A stretch of DNA of 64,000 bases. Source: a virus. Its lineage: Duplodnaviria; Caudoviricetes. Below the pieces are notes generated by a model. It was not told where the DNA came from, searched no databases, and saw only the letters and a program-made list of their open reading frames with translations. Positions within the stretch are counted from its first letter, which is position 1. Every line of letters starts with the position of its first letter. The position numbers were made by a program, and so were the translations under genes. Positions 57,636-64,000 of the stretch are shown one piece after another. The stretch lies in the IMG/VR virus record IMGVR_UViG_3300022848_000005, one strand, 5' to 3'.

Positions 57636-58054
57636 TGGCTAAACCAGGAAAATACGTAAAGAATCCTGAAGTTGCTGGTGCTGGTGCTGGTGCGATTAGG
57701 ATACCGGTAGGAACATCAGCTGATCGACCTACAGCGCCAATAAACGGACAGTTACGCTACAATACAACAGCTAACGTGATGGAGATGTATGTTAACAGTG
57801 CATGGGCGACACTTGGTGTAGTTGGCTTAGTGACTATCACAAAAGACACATTTACCGGTGACGGTTCCACCACAGCATACACGATGTCAATTAGTGTTGC
57901 AAACGAGCAAGATATTATTGTGCATGTTGGTAATGTTCACCAAAACCCAGATGTTGCTTACACAATAAGTGGGACCACACTTACATTTACGAGTCCTCCA
58001 CCAGATACGCATACAATTATAGTACAGCACGGTTACAATAGTACTAGTGCGTAA
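57635..58054 (+). CDS. Virion structural protein (GDGSTTAY module)
   Basis: PVGTSADRP..GQLRYNT, FTGDGSTTAY..Q.P..AYT..GTTLTF. Confidence 0.65.
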   Translation: MAKPGKYVKNPEVAGAGAGAIRIPVGTSADRPTAPINGQLRYNTTANVMEMYVNSAWATLGVVGLVTITKDTFTGDGSTTAYTMSISVANEQDIIVHVGNVHQNPDVAYTISGTTLTFTSPPPDTHTIIVQHGYNSTSA

Positions 58055-58064
58055 AGGATAAAAC

Positions 58065-61000
58065 ATGGCAATTGGCAGAATATCAGGAGCCATGCTAAAA
58101 TCTAACCTAGAACGTTTAGGTGTGGATATTGCAGTAGACACTGATTTATTATACCTAGATGTTACTAACAATCGCATTGGTATTAATGAAGCAAGTCCTA
58201 CCAAAAGCCTACAAGTCGATAACGTTACTATAGAAGGCAGTCAGATACGAAGCACAAGCGGTGCTTTAGACTTGGGATCTAATAGTAATATTTCAGTAAC
58301 AGGCGGATCCAATGGACAAGTTTTAACAACTGATGGTAGCGGCAACTTAACCTGGACATCTATTAGTTCAGACGGTCTGACTATAAATTTGGGCATTCCA
58401 GAAGATAGCTCATGGTCTGATGGAGCAATTAACACTTGGTCAGAATCTACATTGTTGTCTAATGCACATGATGACACCAACGAGTGTATGCTTAATATTA
58501 TTAACAACACAGCCGTTGCTAACATGGACTTTACTGCTGATGTAACATCAGGTGGTGCTGGTACATCAGTTACGCTAACTATTATTACTGCCGGGAATCC
58601 TAATAGGTATGACATTACCTGGGGCGATGGCGATACCGACTCAAACCAAACTGATTCAACGCCAACGCACACTTATGCTACTAATTCAGGATCACCATTC
58701 GATATTACTGTTAGAGCATATAATAATGGTGGTAGTGGTACTTGTAGCGAAACAAGTAAGACACGTACATCATACATTATTATATACACAGCAGATCCTG
58801 TTGTAACTTTTGCGGCCTATACAGCAAGCTCAGGTGGGAGTGCTATTACACAATGGGACGATGGCGACACAGTTTACTTTGAAAATACAACCACAAACAC
58901 AAGTGGTGCAACAGTTCAGTATACTTGGGACTGGGGCGACGGTAGTAGTGACGATGTAGTATCGAGCGATGCATCTGCAGGTGGAGTAGGCGGCGCCAGA
59001 ATAGCACATACATTTACTGCCAGCACAGAACAAGAACAAACAAGAACAGTAACACTTACATTGGATAGTCACAGCACGGCATTGCCTGCATCTGTACCAA
59101 CAAGTGACAATACTGCTCATAAAATTTATGACACACATACCCCAACAGTGTCGTTAAGTGCATCTACGGGCGTTAACGAAGAAGGAACAAGTGGATTACC
59201 AATTACGTTTACTAATAATACAGAAAGCTCAATTGGTAGTTTTGCAACATATGGTATCCAATACCAGTATCAATGGGGTGACGGCACATCCGATAATACA
59301 GTAAACGTTGGATCAGGAAGTAGCGGAGATACTGGTGGCACAATTAGCCACACATTTGCGTTAAGCTCAGGTGACCAAGCAGATGGAACAGCGCAGGACT
59401 TTACTGGTAACCTAAGAGTTATTAGCAACCATACTAGTTCACCGTTTATTAGTTCAACATTTACGGTACACGTAGAGCCAGATGTTAGAGCAAACATTGC
59501 GGCAACAGCAGTAACAATTAGTGATAGAAATGGTGACAACCAGTATGACTTGTATGACTTTACAGATTTAAGTGGCAACAATCGTGCGCTAGTACGTGCA
59601 ACTAATACATCACAAAATGGTGATGATTATGAATACGATTGGGCAGACGGTGGCACAAACGATACCGTCACAGAAGATGGATCAGCGTCAGGTAGTATAG
59701 GAGCAACATTAGATCATAACTATGCAGGCGAATCAACAGACAACTATAATTTAAGTTTTACTGCAAATGGCCAACCAGACATTACGTTACAAACAGATAC
59801 TGATAGTAGTATAACATTTACATTAAACGCTGTGCCTTCAACACCGGCTAATTTAAGCACAAAGTCAATCACACTGTCTGACAGTGTACAAGGAACAAGT
59901 CCAAAACTATGTGCTTCCTTTACAGACAACAGTGATTCAAATCCTCTAAGTGCAGGTGCAAGTCTGCAAACTACCACAGCAAGAAGGTACACCTCAGGTA
60001 CTATTGATACAAGTGTTGTAGACAATGCTTATAACGGAGCATCAGGAACACTAAGTGCTAGTATTAACGGTGTTACTACAGGCAGCAAAGCATTTAGCAC
60101 ATCAACAGGAGAAAATGGAACGTTTACAAGTCTTGTTGTTAGTGGACAACTTGATGCACACGATAGCATCAGCTCAAGTACGTATCCAACAGGATTCTAT
60201 CAAACATTTGACGCTAAAATTACACAAGCACTTAGCAGTTATACTGTGGGTGTTAATGATCAGAGACTTGAACACAGTGCAACAGGTAATACAAATTATG
60301 TAAGTGTTGTATATGATGATATTACAAGTGTACCAAGTATAGTGTCCGCAGGTACGCTAATTGAAGGCACAGGTGGAACTAAACGATATATTTCGGGTAT
60401 TCCATATTACAATTCAGGATCGCCAACAGTTGTTTTGAGCAGTGTACAAATAAGCAACCTGACAGGACAAGCATATTCGGATGTGTCTAATCCTGTTGAA
60501 GTAGATTCTGCATCAAATCAAGAAGGCACATCAAGTGCAGGAACAACCGATACTGATTACAGCTATAGCAATATAGATGGCGCAAGTACTATGTTGTCGG
60601 TCGGTATACCAGTTACAGACACAGGGGTTGGCGGAGCATACACAATAGGTAACTTAACTATTCCTATTACAGCCAGTTCAGTAAGAACAATAGACAGAGT
60701 TCAGGTACGTGCGAGGAACTGTAATGGTGTAGGTAGTTACAGTGCAAACACAACCAACGTACAAGTACACAAGTCAGCACAAAGTGGTATCAGTGAGATT
60801 GCTGTTGCAGTGTCTGACGATTTAGGAGCAGGATTTGACGATGATGGTGTTAGGGTATTCGATTTTAGTGCCGCTACAACAGACAACCCAAGTTACACTG
60901 GCTCAACCAATTTCTACACAAACAGTCCTTACACAGAAGCAAGCGACCTTGGTGTTGAAGGCACAAAAGAAGCAACTATTAGATTAGGTGTTTTGAAGTA

Positions 61001-61454
61001 TGATGTTACAGATTATAGTTCAGGATATCTTCCAGTAGGCCCAGACAGAAGCAGTGACACCGGAACACAATACTTTACATTTGCATTTAGACGTACCACA
61101 ATGGCAAACTTTGACATTAACATAACAAGTGCAAGCATTGCAGGGTTATGGATAGCGGCACCGGGTACTGGTATTGATTCAGCGTCAGGGATTAACGGCT
61201 GGCTAGACGCAAGTACAACGTATGGCGGCTCAGGTGTACCGGGCTCTAACACAGGCAGTGGTGGTAATGGATCTAATGGATGTGCGTTTACATCTGGCGA
61301 TAGAATTGCTGCCAGCACGTCACTTAGTGGTGGTTATACAATGACACTTGGTAGTGAGAACGGCACGAACGCAACAGGCAATGTTGTGTTGGTAAGAATA
61401 GCATTAACAAGTGGTCAAAGTGTCACAGCACTCAGCGTAGGAGTGGCAAGCTAA
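58065..61454 (+). CDS. Large PKD-domain virion/adhesin protein
   Basis: Repeated W.WGDG PKD motifs (four copies); Ser/Thr/Gly-rich. Confidence 0.7.
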   Translation: MAIGRISGAMLKSNLERLGVDIAVDTDLLYLDVTNNRIGINEASPTKSLQVDNVTIEGSQIRSTSGALDLGSNSNISVTGGSNGQVLTTDGSGNLTWTSISSDGLTINLGIPEDSSWSDGAINTWSESTLLSNAHDDTNECMLNIINNTAVANMDFTADVTSGGAGTSVTLTIITAGNPNRYDITWGDGDTDSNQTDSTPTHTYATNSGSPFDITVRAYNNGGSGTCSETSKTRTSYIIIYTADPVVTFAAYTASSGGSAITQWDDGDTVYFENTTTNTSGATVQYTWDWGDGSSDDVVSSDASAGGVGGARIAHTFTASTEQEQTRTVTLTLDSHSTALPASVPTSDNTAHKIYDTHTPTVSLSASTGVNEEGTSGLPITFTNNTESSIGSFATYGIQYQYQWGDGTSDNTVNVGSGSSGDTGGTISHTFALSSGDQADGTAQDFTGNLRVISNHTSSPFISSTFTVHVEPDVRANIAATAVTISDRNGDNQYDLYDFTDLSGNNRALVRATNTSQNGDDYEYDWADGGTNDTVTEDGSASGSIGATLDHNYAGESTDNYNLSFTANGQPDITLQTDTDSSITFTLNAVPSTPANLSTKSITLSDSVQGTSPKLCASFTDNSDSNPLSAGASLQTTTARRYTSGTIDTSVVDNAYNGASGTLSASINGVTTGSKAFSTSTGENGTFTSLVVSGQLDAHDSISSSTYPTGFYQTFDAKITQALSSYTVGVNDQRLEHSATGNTNYVSVVYDDITSVPSIVSAGTLIEGTGGTKRYISGIPYYNSGSPTVVLSSVQISNLTGQAYSDVSNPVEVDSASNQEGTSSAGTTDTDYSYSNIDGASTMLSVGIPVTDTGVGGAYTIGNLTIPITASSVRTIDRVQVRARNCNGVGSYSANTTNVQVHKSAQSGISEIAVAVSDDLGAGFDDDGVRVFDFSAATTDNPSYTGSTNFYTNSPYTEASDLGVEGTKEATIRLGVLKYDVTDYSSGYLPVGPDRSSDTGTQYFTFAFRRTTMANFDINITSASIAGLWIAAPGTGIDSASGINGWLDASTTYGGSGVPGSNTGSGGNGSNGCAFTSGDRIAASTSLSGGYTMTLGSENGTNATGNVVLVRIALTSGQSVTALSVGVAS

Positions 61455-62737
61455 TGGCTATATCAGATACACAAAAAGTTGATTACTTGTGGAAGAAACT
61501 AGGTTACTCAGCAACTAAATCAGACACAAACGCTAACAAAAAAGCACCAAACGAAGCGATAGCCAGCCCGCTGTTAATGCGGTTTGATACAATGTGGTCG
61601 CAAAGTGGAAATATTCCCGCCACATTGCCAGGTAGTAGCTCAAGCGTAGTTACAGTATACCCAACAAGCGCACCGAGTGAGTGTACTCTTGATGGCACAT
61701 CTACTGCCAATAGAACTTGGAAAACAGGATTAATTAATTGGATTAGCCCGGAGTTTGGGTCAACGTATCAAGCAAAAATTTATATTCATACTGCTAGTGA
61801 TGCCGCAGGAGCATCAGGCGGCGACCAAGTATTTGCAACTGGTTCAGGCAATGATGACGAATGGTTCTTCGATTATCAGTCTGGCGTACTGCACTTTATT
61901 GGTGATAACTTACCCAACGGCATTAGTTTTTCAGGCAAGAGTGTTTACATAAGTGGCGGAAGATATATAGGAAACATAGGCACTGGGCTGAACGCAACTG
62001 ACTTTGGTGACTTCACCACAAGTGGGTCACCACAAACAACTTTAACTAGTGCTGTAACAAACTCCGATATAGGTTTAGATCCTAACGGAACTGGTCAAGT
62101 TATAATCAATGGCACTAATGCATTAACTGTGCCCTCAGGGACTACTGCACAGCGACCAAGTGGTAGTACAGGTGATATACGTGTTAATACTTCTACTGGT
62201 TATTTAGAATACTACGATGGCAGTGATTGGCAAGACTTGGCCCCTGCCACAGGTAGTCATACGTTAGATACTTTTGCTGGTGACAGCAGTACAGTAGTTT
62301 TTACACTGAGTGCATCAACAACAACTAACGATGTGCTTATAACACACAATGGTGTTGTGCAAGTAGCAACGACAGCATTTTCAATATCAGGAACCACACT
62401 AACATACACAGAAGCACCCCGGTCAGGCGACGTTATTGAAGTACGATATCTTAGTACTGCTTATAGTCCAGGTAGTGTTATTAAAGATGCAGACAATGAC
62501 ACAAAAATACAGACTGAAGAAACAGCAGACGGGGATACAATACGTTTTGATGCCGCTGGCACAGAAGTCGCAACAATGACCGATACTGTTACTGCATTTG
62601 CAACAGCAGTAAGAGTCGCTAACATGACCACTACTGCTAGGAACGCACTGAGTCCTGCAAACGGATGGGTAATTTACAATACGTCTGATAACAAATTTCA
62701 GGGGTATGCAAACGGTGTTTGGGTAAATTTTCACTAA
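61454..62737 (+). CDS. Virion structural / fibre protein
   Basis: KVDYLWKKLGY, WFFDYQSGVLHF, PSGTTAQRP, GDSSTVVF modules. Confidence 0.65.
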   Translation: MAISDTQKVDYLWKKLGYSATKSDTNANKKAPNEAIASPLLMRFDTMWSQSGNIPATLPGSSSSVVTVYPTSAPSECTLDGTSTANRTWKTGLINWISPEFGSTYQAKIYIHTASDAAGASGGDQVFATGSGNDDEWFFDYQSGVLHFIGDNLPNGISFSGKSVYISGGRYIGNIGTGLNATDFGDFTTSGSPQTTLTSAVTNSDIGLDPNGTGQVIINGTNALTVPSGTTAQRPSGSTGDIRVNTSTGYLEYYDGSDWQDLAPATGSHTLDTFAGDSSTVVFTLSASTTTNDVLITHNGVVQVATTAFSISGTTLTYTEAPRSGDVIEVRYLSTAYSPGSVIKDADNDTKIQTEETADGDTIRFDAAGTEVATMTDTVTAFATAVRVANMTTTARNALSPANGWVIYNTSDNKFQGYANGVWVNFH

Positions 62738-62924
62738 TTAACTAAATACTGATGTGAAGAGTGCAATGCTCTTACTTAACCTAAAATAATTATTCTCCCA
62801 TAATAATACGCTATTTGCTAAATTGGCAACGTCGAACCATTTTGGACTTTTTTGGTAAATAATATTACTATCTATACTCAGATGAGGTAGATTGAATTTT
62901 TAGCTAAAAATTAGGGAGAAACAA

Positions 62925-64000
62925 ATGGCTGTTACAAGAATTAAAGCGAATCAGATTTCTGATTCAGCAGTCGAATCTGCAAAACTTGCAGATTTAGCAA
63001 TTACCGCAGGAAAATTAGAAAACAACTTAACATATGGTTCGAATCTAACAGTTACTGGCAACTTAATAGTTAACGGGACCACAACAACAGTTGATTCAAC
63101 TAACACAACAGTGGCAGATCCAATTCTATTGCTTTCAAAAGGAGCAACTGGATCAGGCACAGTTGATGCAGGTATCGTTGTTGAAAGGGGAGACGACAAC
63201 AACGTTGCCATATTATGGGACGAGTCAGCAGACCAGTTTGTCGTAGCTGTCACAGCAAGTGAAGCAGGTTTAACGGCAGGTAACGTTACACTAACAAGTT
63301 ACGCAAACTTACAGGCAGGGACACTTACTGCAAGCGCACTTGACGTAACCGGTACGCTCGATATTGATAACATTCAGATCGACGGTAACACAATGAGTAG
63401 TACAGATACAAACGGTGCAATTAACCTAACACCAAACGGCAGTGGTGAAGTTGTTATTGCAACTGCTACAGTCAGTGACTTGACAGATAACAGAGTTGTT
63501 ATTGCAGGCACAAGTGGTGCACTTGAAGATGACACAAACTTCACGTATGATGGCACTAACTTAACAGTCAATAGTGCAGTTGTTACTGATTTGACTGACA
63601 ATAGAGTTGTTATTGCTGGTACTTCAGGAGCACTTGAAGATAGCGCAACCTTCACGTATGATGGCACTAACTTAACAGTCAATAGTGCAATTGTTAGTGA
63701 TTTGACTGACAATAGAGTTGTTATTGCAGGCACAAGTGGTGCATTGGAAGATGATGCAAACTTTACTTGGGATGGTACAGACTTAAATCTTACTGGTGGC
63801 TTGAATGTTACTGGTGATTTAGCAGTTGACAATATTGCAGTTAATGGCAATGCTATTACATCAACTGACACAAATGGCAATATTACAATTACACCAGATG
63901 GTACAGGTGATTTAGTACTTGACGGATTAAAATTCCCACAAGCAGATGGTACAGCAGGATATGTTCTTACAACAGACGGTAGTGCTCAACTAAGTTGGAC
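62925..64000 (+). CDS. Long tail-fibre-like protein, truncated by window edge (not in ORF track)
   Basis: AGGGAG SD then MAVTRIKANQISDSAVESAKL...GNLIVNGTTTTVDSTN; open to the window end. Confidence 0.85.
   Translation, partial: MAVTRIKANQISDSAVESAKLADLAITAGKLENNLTYGSNLTVTGNLIVNGTTTTVDSTNTTVADPILLLSKGATGSGTVDAGIVVERGDDNNVAILWDESADQFVVAVTASEAGLTAGNVTLTSYANLQAGTLTASALDVTGTLDIDNIQIDGNTMSSTDTNGAINLTPNGSGEVVIATATVSDLTDNRVVIAGTSGALEDDTNFTYDGTNLTVNSAVVTDLTDNRVVIAGTSGALEDSATFTYDGTNLTVNSAIVSDLTDNRVVIAGTSGALEDDANFTWDGTDLNLTGGLNVTGDLAVDNIAVNGNAITSTDTNGNITITPDGTGDLVLDGLKFPQADGTAGYVLTTDGSAQLSW
63477..63790 (+). repeat. Three 111-nt (37-aa) tandem repeats in fibre gene
   Basis: DLTDNRVVIAGTSGALEDD/S..FTYDGTNLTVNSA starting at 63477, 63588 and 63699. 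Confidence 0.85.

Noticed and set aside
1-64000. tRNA genes, stop-codon recoding, DGR/reverse transcriptase
   Set aside because: I saw no cloverleaf in the intergenic gaps, core genes are intact under the standard code, and there is no RT or template/variable repeat pair.

Overview
64 kb of a large T4-like (gp23-type capsid) myovirus genome, standard genetic code. I saw no tRNAs or CRISPR arrays. Left arm (minus strand): a sigma70-promoted operon of three radical-SAM/twitch proteins (one runs off the window edge and is missing from the ORF track), an amidinotransferase, a class-III aminotransferase and putative glycosyltransferases. Next come tail-fibre and baseplate genes, including a 3652-aa giant protein, gp6, gp25, gp5-like, gp27-like, gp53 and gp48/54-like. 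Centre: gp55 late sigma, gp47, and a fractured gp46 (SbcC/Rad50). gp46 is split inside its Walker A motif by an atypically split intein (36-aa IntN, 124-aa IntC), with a free-standing Vsr-like endonuclease between the halves. After it, a catalytic-domain-only GIY-YIG protein is followed immediately by a ~370-nt densely structured non-coding region, the best candidate here for an undescribed nuclease-RNA system. Right arm: gp51, gp26, tape-measure-like protein, portal gp20, prohead core/protease/scaffold and capsid gp23. After gp23 is a self-contained unit with two tandem glnA-type glutamine riboswitch aptamers upstream of an unannotated 33-aa peptide, then further virion/fibre genes. Family assignments come from motif recognition by eye and RNA structures from manual pairing; no searches or folding programs were run.
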